From an uncultured Armatimonadetes bacterium (GTDB taxonomy: Bacteria; Armatimonadota; UBA5829; DTJY01), in NCBI GenBank assembly GCA_963717145.1, contig OY970325.1, forward strand, positions 4,544,001-4,608,000: 64,000 bases of DNA, read 5' to 3'. The notes beneath the pieces are model-generated. The model did not search any database and was not told where the DNA came from. It saw nothing but the letters and a program-made list of their open reading frames with translations. A program made the translations under genes and the position numbers. Each line of letters begins with the position of its first letter. Position 1 is the first letter of the stretch. Of the stretch, positions 1-9,892 are shown one piece after another.

Positions 1-171
1 AGCACCCTCTTCTATGTGCTCTATCTGTTCCGCCAGGCGTTCAACTACTACCACATGGGCTACGCGTCTGCGATGGCCTGGGTGCTCTTCGTGATCATCC
101 TCGTGCTCACGATGCTCGTCTTCAAGTCATCCGCCGCGTGGGTCTACTACGAGGGTGACCGGCGGAGGTAG
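1..171 (+). CDS. carbohydrate ABC transporter permease (MalF/UgpA type), 3' end only
   Basis: Frame 1 reads STLFYVLYLFRQAFNYYHMGYASAMAWVLFVIILVLTMLVFKSSAAWVYYEGDRRR*, the typical C-terminus of CUT1 permeases. Truncated by the window edge. Confidence 0.85.
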   Translation, partial: STLFYVLYLFRQAFNYYHMGYASAMAWVLFVIILVLTMLVFKSSAAWVYYEGDRRR

Positions 172-228
172 GTATTGGGTGTCGGGTCTTGGGTTATGGG
201 CTCCCCAACACCTGACACCCAACACCCG
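172..228. repeat. heptamer-based imperfect palindrome (GGTGTCG/GGTCTTG ... CAACACC/CTGACAC)
   Basis: 7-nt periodic repeats followed by their reverse complement between convergent genes; overlaps the last codons of the 194..1429 gene. Confidence 0.6.
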
Positions 229-1429
229 CAACCTCCCCCGGACGCCACTGCGGAAACATCGCGGCGTGCCCGGTCTTGAGATCGGTGATGCGCTTCTCCA
301 CGCGATCGGCCAGGGACATCACATACAGTTGACGCACGCCGTCGCGTTTCGAGCCATAGAGCAGCCACCTGCCGTCCGGTGAGGGCTGCGGGTGGTAGTG
401 CAGCGTCCCATCCGGCGTCTTCGTGAGCTGAGTGATCGTTCCGTCGAGCGTGGCCTGGAACATCTCGACGTTCGATCCCGTCTTGGCCGTGTAGAAGACC
501 GACTTCCCGTCTGCCGACCAGACCGGAACGTCACTGCTTCCCTCGTGGAAGTCGGGCACATCGAGGAACAGTATCCAGCCCTGATAGCCATTGAGGTCCG
601 CGAGCTTCCTCAGGCGCGTCCCATCGCGGCGGACGACGTATGGATTGCTGCGTCCTCGCACGCCGCTGACGAACAGCAGCCACTCGCCGTCAGCCGACCA
701 GCGCGGGCCGAAGTTGAACTGGTTGCCGGTGTTGATGTGCCGCCTCTCTGATCCGTCGGCATTGGCGATGTAGACCTGATAGTCCTCGTGATAGCTGATG
801 AGCTTTCCATCCGGGGACGCAGTGTAGCCGTAGGTGAAGCCGCTCCCATCCCCTGAGACATCCCGCTTGTTCCGGCCGTCCGGGTCCATGACGAACGGCT
901 TCGACACGCCGTTGATCAGCGCGGTGAAGCCCAACCCTCCTCCGGGCTTGAAGAACAGGCCGCCGTTATAGTGGCTGACCCTGTCCACGGCTGTTACGTT
1001 GACTGTCTTCCCCGACTGCATGTCGAGCAGATACGAATCGAGCATCCACTTCCCCGGGTCCATGCGGAACGCCTTGTTCTGCTCTTCCCAGGCTGCATTC
1101 TCCGGATCTTCCCACCCTCGAAGGATGATCGCCTGCTTTCCGTCCGGCGACCAACCGGCGAACTGAGTCCACACATTGCGCTCGTCGGCGAGTTCCTCGG
1201 CTACCAGCCGCCGGTTCGACCCGTCGGCGTTGATCGTGACGGCTCGCATCGTCCGGGTGTTGGCATGCCGTCCACCCGGCAGGTTGGTGCGCAGTTCGCA
1301 GTAACCGATCATCAAGTCGCCTAACCTTCCTCCGTCGCCGGCCCGCTCAGGGTCGAGCCCCGATACCGCGCTCTCTCCGGCGATCCCCGCCAGGAGCACG
1401 ACGATAAGGACAACCAGTGTGTGTTTCAT
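194..1429 (-). CDS. secreted TolB-like beta-propeller protein (PD40 repeats)
   Basis: Signal peptide MKHTLVVLIVVLLAG; repeated WSPDG/SPDG/WSADG motifs; AGGAG upstream of ATG 1429. Confidence 0.8.
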   Translation of the reverse strand: MKHTLVVLIVVLLAGIAGESAVSGLDPERAGDGGRLGDLMIGYCELRTNLPGGRHANTRTMRAVTINADGSNRRLVAEELADERNVWTQFAGWSPDGKQAIILRGWEDPENAAWEEQNKAFRMDPGKWMLDSYLLDMQSGKTVNVTAVDRVSHYNGGLFFKPGGGLGFTALINGVSKPFVMDPDGRNKRDVSGDGSGFTYGYTASPDGKLISYHEDYQVYIANADGSERRHINTGNQFNFGPRWSADGEWLLFVSGVRGRSNPYVVRRDGTRLRKLADLNGYQGWILFLDVPDFHEGSSDVPVWSADGKSVFYTAKTGSNVEMFQATLDGTITQLTKTPDGTLHYHPQPSPDGRWLLYGSKRDGVRQLYVMSLADRVEKRITDLKTGHAAMFPQWRPGEVAGVGCQVLGSP

Positions 1430-1600
1430 AGCGCTTGCTCTCCTGGTGCGACCATGCCGGCGATACCACTTCATCCGGGATAAGTGCCGGAGGTCTACTC
1501 CATGATTCTCCAGGTAGTTATCTGTTCCTTCATTCTACACGAGGCCTGCTGTGGTCGTTCAATCCGCGGCGAGCGCTGCATGCCGGAAGAAGGAAGGACT

Positions 1601-2062
1601 TCACCTGGAGAATGAGAGGCTCCGGGCTCCGAAGAGAAGCCGGCGGCGCTTGAACAGGTGATACGCGGCGAACCCGACGAGCAGAATCCCGGCGACCGCG
1701 TGGACATCCCCGGCAATACTCTCAGTAGCCCTCTCGAGCACCCCGCATTCATCTCCGCCCTCGTCGTCACAGGGTGACATCGCGGCTGTGGCGACCGAGG
1801 CGATCGTCAGGCCGAGCAGGAGGGTGTACTCGCCCATCACGCGTCTCGTTCTCGCGGAGCACTGTCTGACAATCGCGAGGATCTGTCTCCGGTGGAGTGC
1901 GAGGTGGATGCCCACGAGCCCGACGAACGCGATGGCCGTGGCTTCGTGGAGTTCGAGCAATTCGCTCTCTTCGCAGATGCCGATCAGCGTCCCGAGCCCG
2001 GAACATGCGAGGGTTGCGAGCGCTGCGAGCGCGGCCACAGCGATCGCGCGGTTCAGGCTCAT
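1601..2062 (-). CDS. membrane protein, DUF4405-like (two His-containing TM hairpins)
   Basis: Duplicated H-x(13)-HL pattern (LHEATA...IHLALH; VHAVAG...YHLF); ATGA overlap with the upstream gene. Confidence 0.55.
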   Translation of the reverse strand: MSLNRAIAVAALAALATLACSGLGTLIGICEESELLELHEATAIAFVGLVGIHLALHRRQILAIVRQCSARTRRVMGEYTLLLGLTIASVATAAMSPCDDEGGDECGVLERATESIAGDVHAVAGILLVGFAAYHLFKRRRLLFGARSLSFSR

Positions 2063-3003
2063 CTTACTCCTCCATCGGCGGGCTTGTAGGTCGGCATCTT
2101 CGCGCGCAGTTTCTCGATGCGTTTCGCGGTCGGCGGGTGGGTGCTGAATACGCCGCTGAGGAGTCCTTTCTTCCCGCCGGAGAGCTTGCCGAGCTTCTCG
2201 AATACCTTCAGCCCGGCGGTCGGATCGTAACCGGCTGCGGACATGAACTTGAAGCCCAGGTCGTCCGCCTGATACTCCGCGGCCTGGGAGAGTTGCATCG
2301 TCGTCAACTGCTCGCCGGTCTGGGCCGCGAGCACGGTGATCATGTCCTGCTGCCCGCCTTCGCTGCCAGCGTTACGGAGTAGAGCGTCGGTCGCGGCCTT
2401 GATGAGCCCTGCGTTTCGGAGTTGCTCGGCGGAGTGCTCCTCGACCACGTGCGCCATTTCATGGCCGATTACCGCGGCAAGTTGGTTGGCGTCGCCGCCG
2501 GTCATATCCACAAGTCCGTCAGAGACGTAGACTCTTCCGCCGGGCAGTGCTATGGCGTTCACTGCGCCGTTCTTGGAGGTCGCAATACGGAATGTCCACG
2601 CCCAGTCCCTGGGAGCATTATGCCCGCGGTATTTGACGGGCAGTGCCTTGACGAGTCGTGCGGATATCTTCTGGACCGTTGGATCATTGGTGGCCTGCTG
2701 ATCCAGATTTTGCGACGACGCCACCTTGTTTCCCAGCGCGATCTGCTGCTGCTGGGAGAGCTTGAACGGGTTGACGGGTAACTGCGGCACCTTGATGCTC
2801 AGAGGGATGCCGAGTTCCGGTGGGAGCGCGATCTCCCTGGGAATGTTGATCCCGACGTTCCTCATCGTGTCGACCAGCCGGCCGAGGACGCCGGTCTCCG
2901 AGCCGAAGAAGACGAACACGGCGATGGCTGTGACAGCTATCAGGCAGCCGCAGCCCATCACGAGCTTTTTCAACTTCTTCTTGAGTTTCTTTCCGTGCCC
3001 CAT
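2059..3003 (-). CDS. M48 family zinc metallopeptidase
   Basis: NAIALPGG, GHEMAH (HEXXH), EYQAD and STHP motifs; N-terminal TM; GGAG before ATG 3003. Confidence 0.9.
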   Translation of the reverse strand: MGHGKKLKKKLKKLVMGCGCLIAVTAIAVFVFFGSETGVLGRLVDTMRNVGINIPREIALPPELGIPLSIKVPQLPVNPFKLSQQQQIALGNKVASSQNLDQQATNDPTVQKISARLVKALPVKYRGHNAPRDWAWTFRIATSKNGAVNAIALPGGRVYVSDGLVDMTGGDANQLAAVIGHEMAHVVEEHSAEQLRNAGLIKAATDALLRNAGSEGGQQDMITVLAAQTGEQLTTMQLSQAAEYQADDLGFKFMSAAGYDPTAGLKVFEKLGKLSGGKKGLLSGVFSTHPPTAKRIEKLRAKMPTYKPADGGVR

Positions 3004-3025
3004 TGACATCTCCAAAAACGAACAC

Positions 3026-5617
3026 TCAGCTTGAGATGCTGACCGCCCCTGTCTGCGTGGATAGATTGCCGGCGCCGCGTGCTATGGTTGGCTTCAACAA
3101 CTCGAACCACAAGACCCCGAGCAGTCCGCCTGCCACGCTCAGCATCGCGGGCGTGACACCGAGAGCCTCGAACTTGAAGAGCCGGCTGAGGAACGGCATA
3201 TTGAGCACCAGAACGAGGAAGACGGCAGCGCCCCCGACCACGTACCACATCGCTCTGTTCGGCGAGCGCAGGATCGCGATGATGCTCCTCGTCCAGGAGA
3301 CGTTCGTGAGGATGAGCGCCAGGTTCGCGACGATCAGGGTCGTGAACGCCATGGTGCGCGCGCCCTCCTCGCCGTGCCCGATGGCCCGTCCGACGACGAA
3401 GACTCCGAGGCTGACGATCAGAATGCTCATCCCCTGGAGAAGGCTTATCACGACGGCCCGCCTGCTGAAGATCGACTCCTTTGGATCGCGCGGCGGCCGC
3501 TTCATGACGTTCGCTTCGCCCGGTTCGGCTTCGAAGACCGTCGAGCAGGCCGGGTCGATGATCAGTTCCATGAAGACGATGTGGATCGGCAGCAATATCA
3601 GCGGCCAGCCGAGCGCGACCGGGATGAGAGACAGGCCGGCGATCGGCACGTGGATGGCGAAGATGTACGCCATCGCCTTGCGGAGGTTATCAAATATTCG
3701 CCGCCCCATCCGAACGGCGGCGACGATGGAGGAGAAATCGTCGTCGAGAAGGACGAGGCCCGCCGCCTCGCGGGCCACATCGGTCCCGCGTCCTCCCATC
3801 GCGATGCCGATGTCGGATGCTTTCAGGGCGGGCGCGTCATTCACGCCGTCGCCGGTCATCGCCACGACCTCGCCATTCGCCTGAAGCGCCTGGACGAGCC
3901 GCAGCTTCTGCTCGGGAACGACTCGGGCGAAGACGTTGGCCGAGCCGATGTGCGCGCGCAGGTCTGAATCGCTCATGGCGTTCAGTTCGTCGCCGGTGAT
4001 GACGTGATCGGGGTCCTTCAGTCCGATCTGCGACGCAATGTTTCGCGCGGTGACCGGGTAGTCGCCGGTTATCATGACAACCCTGATGCCCGCCTCATAG
4101 CACTCCGCGATAGCGGAGGGCACTGACGGCCGAATGGGATCAGCGAGCCCGACGAGTCCGACCAACTCGAAGTCGAAATCATGCTGCTTGTCCGGCAGGT
4201 CATCCGTCTGCATGAAGAACGCTCTGGCAACGCCGAGGACGCGCAATCCGGCGTTTGCCATGACGCCGATCTGTTCGGAGAGCGCTTCTTTCCGGGTGTC
4301 GTCGAAGTGGCAGAGGTCCGCGATCGCCTCGGGAGCGCCCTTTGCCGCGATCACGTACCTCTCCTTGCCGGGCGACTGCCATACGTGGGACATGGCGAGC
4401 AGTTCCCTGGAGAGCGGATACTGCTGCACGAGCGACCAGTCCCCGTGCACGTGCTCGGTCTGCGCCAGACACTCATCGCCGAGCTGGTGGAACGCCTTCT
4501 CCATCGGGTCGAAGGGATCTCGCTGGCTCGCGAGGATGCTGAACTCCACCAGGGAATGGAAGTGCTCCGGCAAGTCCCCGCGCTCGATGCGACCGACCTC
4601 GACTTGGTGCTCATCGGCATAGAGTTGGCTGACCGACATGCGGTTCATCGTCAGCGTCCCTGTCTTATCGACGCACAGGACGGTGGCGGACCCGAGGATC
4701 TCGACGGCCGGCATGCGTCGCGCAAGGACCTGGTGTCGGGAGATCCGCCATGCGCCGAGCGCGAGGAATATCGTCAGGACGACGGGGAACTCCTCGGGGA
4801 GGAGCGACATCGCGAGGGCGACCCCCGCGAGGATGCCCTTCAGCCAGTCGCCCCTCGTCAGCCCGTATGCGATAACCACCAGTGCGCTGAGAGAACCGCC
4901 GCCGATAGCGAGAGTGCGCACCAGTTTTGCAGTCTGCTTCTGCAGCGCGGTCTTCTCGACTTCGAGAGCTTGCAGCGACTTGCCGATCCTGCCTATCTCG
5001 GTCTCGATGCCGGTCTCCCGAATCTCGATCAGCGCCTGGCCCTGAACGACCAGCGTACCGGAGTAGACGAACGGCTCATCGTCACCCCCGGGAAGGGGAT
5101 CCGAGTCGCGGCCATCCCAGTCTGACTTCCGCACGGCCACGGATTCGCCGGTGAGCAGCGATTCATCGACTGTGAGGTTGATCGACGCGAGCACGATGCC
5201 ATCGGCGGGGACTCTGTCGCCCTCCGCGATGATCACCGCGTCGCCTCGCACGACTTCGCAGCCGGGGATGCGCTTCTCCTCGCCACCGCGTATCACTCGC
5301 GCTCGCGGGCTCGAGAGGTTGCGCAGCGCCTGGAGTGCGTTCTCGGTCTTGCGCTCTTGGTTCAGGGTGATTCCGATGATCACGAAGACGAAGCCGAGCA
5401 GCAGCAGCGCCTCCTGCAAGTCGCCCAGCAGAAGATAGATGATCCCGCCGGCGACCAAGAGCAGGAACATCGGCTCGCGGATCACCTCGGCTGCGATGGC
5501 GAAGATGCTCCGCGGCTTAGCTGACGGCAGCTCGTTAGGGCCGTCGGTTGCAAACCGCTTCTCCGCTTCTTCCTGGGTGAGACCCTGGTGTTCCTTGCTG
5601 CTCAAGCTGTATGTCAT
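3026..5617 (-). CDS. cation-translocating P-type ATPase (type II-like)
   Basis: LTGES, DKTGTLT, KGAPE, MITGD and TGDGVNDAPAL motifs; TM4 reads PEEFP. Confidence 0.95.
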   Translation of the reverse strand: MTYSLSSKEHQGLTQEEAEKRFATDGPNELPSAKPRSIFAIAAEVIREPMFLLLVAGGIIYLLLGDLQEALLLLGFVFVIIGITLNQERKTENALQALRNLSSPRARVIRGGEEKRIPGCEVVRGDAVIIAEGDRVPADGIVLASINLTVDESLLTGESVAVRKSDWDGRDSDPLPGGDDEPFVYSGTLVVQGQALIEIRETGIETEIGRIGKSLQALEVEKTALQKQTAKLVRTLAIGGGSLSALVVIAYGLTRGDWLKGILAGVALAMSLLPEEFPVVLTIFLALGAWRISRHQVLARRMPAVEILGSATVLCVDKTGTLTMNRMSVSQLYADEHQVEVGRIERGDLPEHFHSLVEFSILASQRDPFDPMEKAFHQLGDECLAQTEHVHGDWSLVQQYPLSRELLAMSHVWQSPGKERYVIAAKGAPEAIADLCHFDDTRKEALSEQIGVMANAGLRVLGVARAFFMQTDDLPDKQHDFDFELVGLVGLADPIRPSVPSAIAECYEAGIRVVMITGDYPVTARNIASQIGLKDPDHVITGDELNAMSDSDLRAHIGSANVFARVVPEQKLRLVQALQANGEVVAMTGDGVNDAPALKASDIGIAMGGRGTDVAREAAGLVLLDDDFSSIVAAVRMGRRIFDNLRKAMAYIFAIHVPIAGLSLIPVALGWPLILLPIHIVFMELIIDPACSTVFEAEPGEANVMKRPPRDPKESIFSRRAVVISLLQGMSILIVSLGVFVVGRAIGHGEEGARTMAFTTLIVANLALILTNVSWTRSIIAILRSPNRAMWYVVGGAAVFLVLVLNMPFLSRLFKFEALGVTPAMLSVAGGLLGVLWFELLKPTIARGAGNLSTQTGAVSISS

Positions 5618-5669
5618 ATCGAGCCCCAAGTCGAGAGTTGGAGGCTGGGAGTTGGAAGTCGAAGTGCGA

Positions 5670-5993
5670 TCAATCTTCTCCGCCTATGCCGCCGATGATA
5701 TCCCCCAACCAGGACCCCTTCTTCTTCTTTCGTTCCCCGCCGTGGCTCTCTCGATCATCGTGCTCGTCATGGTGACCGAGGTCACGGTCGTGGGAGTCGT
5801 GACTGCCCCGACCTCTGTCATCGTATCCGGCGGGTCGGACATCAACCTCGCGATCACGCGATCCAGCGCTCCCCATAAGGGTCTCCAATGTCGCGCGCTC
5901 GAGCCATGCTCCCTTGCATCCGGTGCATATCTCCATGCGGACTCCGCCCTTCTCGATCTCTCTCAGTGTTTCATCACATACGGGGCATCTCAT
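5670..5993 (-). CDS. zf-TFIIB-type zinc-ribbon protein with His/Asp-rich tail
   Basis: MRCPVC...ICTGCKGAWLE zinc ribbon; KKKKGSWLGDI C-terminus typical of this family. Confidence 0.8.
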   Translation of the reverse strand: MRCPVCDETLREIEKGGVRMEICTGCKGAWLERATLETLMGSAGSRDREVDVRPAGYDDRGRGSHDSHDRDLGHHDEHDDRESHGGERKKKKGSWLGDIIGGIGGED

Positions 5994-6028
5994 GTTCCAT
6001 TCTCCCTTGTAGAATTCCGGTGGGCCGA

Positions 6029-6697
6029 TCAGAGTCGGCGCCGGTCATTGCGAGAACGCGGCCTCATTCGGCCGACCCGCGTTCTACTCCCGGTTTCGGT
6101 CACGACGAACGTCCCCCGGCCGCGGACAACGTTCGCACCCATGAAGACCCGGGACCTGCGATCCTCCGGCGACGCCAACGGATCATAGGCGCAGAGAGCA
6201 TCCTTCTCGATCGGCGCGGAGTCACTCGCGCTTCCCAGCTCTTCCACCACAAGGCCCACGGCTTCGGTGAGCCGTCCGTCAGCCGGCACGATGTCTCCGG
6301 CTCGTACTCTGACGATATCGCCCGGCACCAATTGTGCGGCCGGCAGATCCAGCAACTGACCGTTTCTGAGTACAGATGCGCGGGTCGCCCCGGTCTCCTC
6401 GCGATCCCTCTCCGCCCGCCGTTTCAGGGTGGCCTCGATAAGCAGACAGATCAGGCCAAGGGCGACCGCGCAAACTAGCAGTCGGTATGCCGCATTAAAG
6501 GCGAATACTACGCACATGGCGGTGCAGAAGAGAGCTGCGCTCTTGGCCTGCAGGTAGCGCAGACTCGAGCGTGTCAACTCGTTCCGCCCATGCTTTCGGA
6601 GGCGCTTCCGAGCTTCGCCTTCGGTCAAACCCAGGCTCGGATGGGTCTCCAGCTGATCCAGCAGATTGCCTATGTCGGACTCTTCCTGGATGCTCAA
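6029..6697 (-). CDS. stand-alone N-terminal half of a P-type ATPase (N-terminal domain, TM1-2, actuator)
   Basis: GLTEGEARKRLRKHGRNEL and LVPGDIVRVRAGDIVPADGRL; TGES degenerate, no DKTGT; AAGGAG before the TTG start. Confidence 0.7.
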   Translation of the reverse strand: MSIQEESDIGNLLDQLETHPSLGLTEGEARKRLRKHGRNELTRSSLRYLQAKSAALFCTAMCVVFAFNAAYRLLVCAVALGLICLLIEATLKRRAERDREETGATRASVLRNGQLLDLPAAQLVPGDIVRVRAGDIVPADGRLTEAVGLVVEELGSASDSAPIEKDALCAYDPLASPEDRRSRVFMGANVVRGRGTFVVTETGSRTRVGRMRPRSRNDRRRL

Positions 6698-6849
6698 AGG
6701 ATGCTACTCCTTATACCCGTCATGACCGTGGTTATGCCCGTTTGCAGTAGCCGCGCTCGGATGATACAATCACATTATTGCAGTGCAAGGTTGCCACAGG
6801 GTAGCGCCGAGGTTAACTTTGAGGGACGATTTGCAGTTGGGAGACCGTC

Positions 6850-7548
6850 TTGCCCGCGAAGAAGATTCTGTTGGTCGATGATGACAAAGCTCTCGTGGCA
6901 TCGCTGAGCGCCGGACTCAGAGATGAAGGGTATTCCGTCGCGTCCGTTGGGGACGGCAGGGAGGCGCTGGACGCATTGAAGCGGGAGGAGCCGGACCTGG
7001 TGATCCTCGATCTGATGCTGCCGGGAGTAGATGGGATGACCGTCTGCCGCATGATCAGGCGGAGTTCCCCGGTGCCGGTCATCATGCTGACCGCGAAGAA
7101 GGATGACGTGGACAAGATCGTCGGCCTCGAGGTCGGCGCGGATGACTATATCACCAAGCCGTTCAACTTTCGGGAGCTTCTCGCGCGCATCAAGTCCGCC
7201 CTCAGGCGTCCGGAGATGGACGGCTACGAAGACTCGGAGAGTCCCGACATCGCCGCCTTCGATGATCTGACGATCGACTTCTCCCGACGCGAAGTGCGGC
7301 TCGATGGCAGGCTCGTCCCACTCCCTCTCAAGGAGTACGAACTCCTTGCGGTCATGGCGCGCTCCCCCGGCCGCGTGCTCGCGCGCGACGAACTCCTCAC
7401 GCGCATCTGGGGAGACGATTTCTATGGCGATGAGAAGACCCTCGACGTGCACATCCGGCGACTCCGGGCGAAGGTCGAGCACAACGCCGCGTCGCCCCGG
7501 CGCATTCTCACAGTCCGAGGAATCGGCTACAAGCTGTTTGGAGGCTGA
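6850..7548 (+). CDS. OmpR/PhoB family response regulator
   Basis: ILLVDDD, DLMLP, GADDYITKPF receiver domain; VHIRRLRAK...TVRGIGY winged helix. Confidence 0.95.
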   Translation: MPAKKILLVDDDKALVASLSAGLRDEGYSVASVGDGREALDALKREEPDLVILDLMLPGVDGMTVCRMIRRSSPVPVIMLTAKKDDVDKIVGLEVGADDYITKPFNFRELLARIKSALRRPEMDGYEDSESPDIAAFDDLTIDFSRREVRLDGRLVPLPLKEYELLAVMARSPGRVLARDELLTRIWGDDFYGDEKTLDVHIRRLRAKVEHNAASPRRILTVRGIGYKLFGG

Positions 7549-7553
7549 GACCG

Positions 7554-8951
7554 GTGTTTGTCAGCATCAAGTATCGCCTGCTTCTCAGCCATGTTGCGGT
7601 CGCGCTCATCGCCGCCGTCGCAGCCTCCGTATACCTGTTCATCTCGTTCACCAGGCTGCAGGTCCACTACAATGAGCACGCCCTGCTCTCCAGCGCCTAC
7701 GCGTTGGCCGATGCTATCGAGACCGATTTCGGCACATCACACGGCCAGGTCCTGGTGGAGCATGCGATGCGCGAACTCGCAACCGAGGAGAAGGCGCAGT
7801 TCGCGGTGATCGATGCGCGCGGCATCGTCTCAGCATCCACCGATCCATCGATACGGGCGGGCAGCAAGCTCCCACTGATGAGAGGGCTGTTGAGCGGAGG
7901 CCCGCAGGTCTACCATCCCGAAGTGTACTCGCCCGATCAGCAGCGGATCATCGTCGATGTGCCGATCGAACGCGATCACGTCCCGATCGGCATAGTCCGT
8001 TCTTGGATACTCGAGCGAGACTACCAGGCGTCGCTCGACCCGATCAAGCGGATCACCGGGCTCGCGTTGGTCGGCATTGTAGTTCTCTGTATCACTCTGT
8101 CGATGTTGCTCGCCTATGCGCTCACCACCCGGATCAAGAACATGAAGCAACTCTCAAGGCGGATCGCAAGGGGGGACTTCGGGATCCGGATCGACAGGAC
8201 GAGCCGCGACGAACTCGGCGAACTTGCGGCCGACCTGAACACGATGGCCTCGCGCCTCCAGGAACTCGAGAACGCCCGCCGGGAGTTCCTCGGCAACGTC
8301 TCCCACGACCTGAGATCGCCGGTCAGCAACATCCGCATCACCAGTGAAGTCCTGTCCAGGCGAGCGGAGCGACTCGGTGATGATTCAGCCAAGTTGTTCG
8401 GAACGGTCATCTCGGAGACTGAACGGCTCGAACTCATGATCGATGAACTCACGGAGCTTGCCACGATCGCGTCCGGAGCGCTCGTGCTCGACAGGGAGAC
8501 GTTCGACCTCGAAACGCTTATCGACGAGGTGATGACCACGGTTTCCCCTCGCGCCGATCAGAAGGCCCAGGAGGTACGAGTAGAGGTGGAGACGAACCTG
8601 ACAATTGTCGGGGACCGGTCCAGACTGGTCAGGGCGATAGTGAACCTCGCAGACAATGCGATCAAGTTCACGCCTGACTCCGGACGCATCGAGATCAAGG
8701 CGCGGCGCGATTCCGGGTGCGCCGTCATCGAGGTTTCGGACTCCGGGGAAGGCATTCCCCGCGGCGATCTCGCGCATATCTTCGAGCGGTTCTACCGTGT
8801 GGACAAGTCCGGGCGGCGGAACGACGGCTCCGGCATCGGGCTCGCGATAGTCAAGAACGTGATCGAGGCGCATGACGGAACGGTCGAGGTTACCAGCCAT
8901 GAGGGACACGGGAGCACATTCCGCGTCCGTCTGCCGCTGCCACGCCTATGA
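7554..8951 (+). CDS. HAMP-domain sensor histidine kinase
   Basis: Two TMs, DELGELA HAMP, SHDLRSP H-box, NLADNAIKF, DSGEGI, FERFYR, GSGIGL. Confidence 0.95.
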   Translation: MFVSIKYRLLLSHVAVALIAAVAASVYLFISFTRLQVHYNEHALLSSAYALADAIETDFGTSHGQVLVEHAMRELATEEKAQFAVIDARGIVSASTDPSIRAGSKLPLMRGLLSGGPQVYHPEVYSPDQQRIIVDVPIERDHVPIGIVRSWILERDYQASLDPIKRITGLALVGIVVLCITLSMLLAYALTTRIKNMKQLSRRIARGDFGIRIDRTSRDELGELAADLNTMASRLQELENARREFLGNVSHDLRSPVSNIRITSEVLSRRAERLGDDSAKLFGTVISETERLELMIDELTELATIASGALVLDRETFDLETLIDEVMTTVSPRADQKAQEVRVEVETNLTIVGDRSRLVRAIVNLADNAIKFTPDSGRIEIKARRDSGCAVIEVSDSGEGIPRGDLAHIFERFYRVDKSGRRNDGSGIGLAIVKNVIEAHDGTVEVTSHEGHGSTFRVRLPLPRL

Positions 8952-9793
8952 AACCAAACCGCAGAATCACTGATCCGGCGACGAAGACGCTGACATATGC
9001 CGTCCTGCTCGCGGGATCGGTGGGGATGGCCCTGCCGTTCCTGTGGATGTGCTCGACCGCCCTCAAGGCCGCCGACAAGGTGATGGCGTATCCGCCGCAG
9101 TGGATTCCCTCGCCGATGGTGTGGCGCAACTTCGTCGACGGATGGACGAGCCTGCCGTTCACCCTCTACCTCAAGAACACGTGCGTCATCACGGGCACGG
9201 TTATCATCGGCGTGCTGCTGACGGCTTCGATGGCGGGGTACGCTTTCTCGCGCTTGCGATTCCCAGGCCGGGATGCGCTCTTCATCGTCACGCTTGCGAC
9301 CATGATGCTCCCGGCGCAGGTCACGATGATCCCGGTCTACCTGATGTTCCGCGACATCGGCTGGCTGAACACGTTCAAGCCGCTCACGATCGGCGCGTGG
9401 CTCGGCGGCGGGGCGTTCAACATCTTCCTCCTGCGGCAGTTCATGCTCACCATCCCGCTCGAACTGGAGGACGCCGCGCGGATCGACGGATGCGGCTCGT
9501 TCGGGATCTACCGGCGGATCATGCTCCCACTCATCAAGCCGTGCCTGGCGGTGATCGCGATCTTCACGTTCATCGGCACGTGGAACGACTTCATGGGCCC
9601 TCTGATCTACCTTACGACGCCCGACAAGCTGACCCTCGCGCTCGGCCTGCAGTTCTTCCAGGGGCACTACGGGGTGACGCTCCACTACCTGATGGCGGTG
9701 TCGCTCATTGTGATGGCCCCGTGCCTGGTCCTCTTCTTCCTCGCGCAGAAGTACTTCATCTCGGGAATCGCGCTGACGGGGATCAAGGGGTGA
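8948..9793 (+). CDS. carbohydrate ABC transporter permease (MalG type)
   Basis: AGYAFSRLRFPGR, EAA loop ELEDAARIDG, WNDFMGPLIY; ATGA overlap with the kinase stop. Confidence 0.93.
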   Translation: MKPNRRITDPATKTLTYAVLLAGSVGMALPFLWMCSTALKAADKVMAYPPQWIPSPMVWRNFVDGWTSLPFTLYLKNTCVITGTVIIGVLLTASMAGYAFSRLRFPGRDALFIVTLATMMLPAQVTMIPVYLMFRDIGWLNTFKPLTIGAWLGGGAFNIFLLRQFMLTIPLELEDAARIDGCGSFGIYRRIMLPLIKPCLAVIAIFTFIGTWNDFMGPLIYLTTPDKLTLALGLQFFQGHYGVTLHYLMAVSLIVMAPCLVLFFLAQKYFISGIALTGIKG

Positions 9794-9837
9794 TGGGGAT
9801 GGTTGATGGCTGATGGGGGAATGCGGAATGTAGGAAC

Positions 9838-9865
9838 GGGGCCGCTCTGACTCCAGAGCGGCCCC
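9838..9865. terminator. hairpin terminator between convergent genes
   Basis: GGGGCCGCTCTG-ACTC-CAGAGCGGCCCC, 12-bp perfect stem. Confidence 0.7.
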
Positions 9866-9892
9866 TCTTGGTGGTTCTGCTTATTTGAGTGC

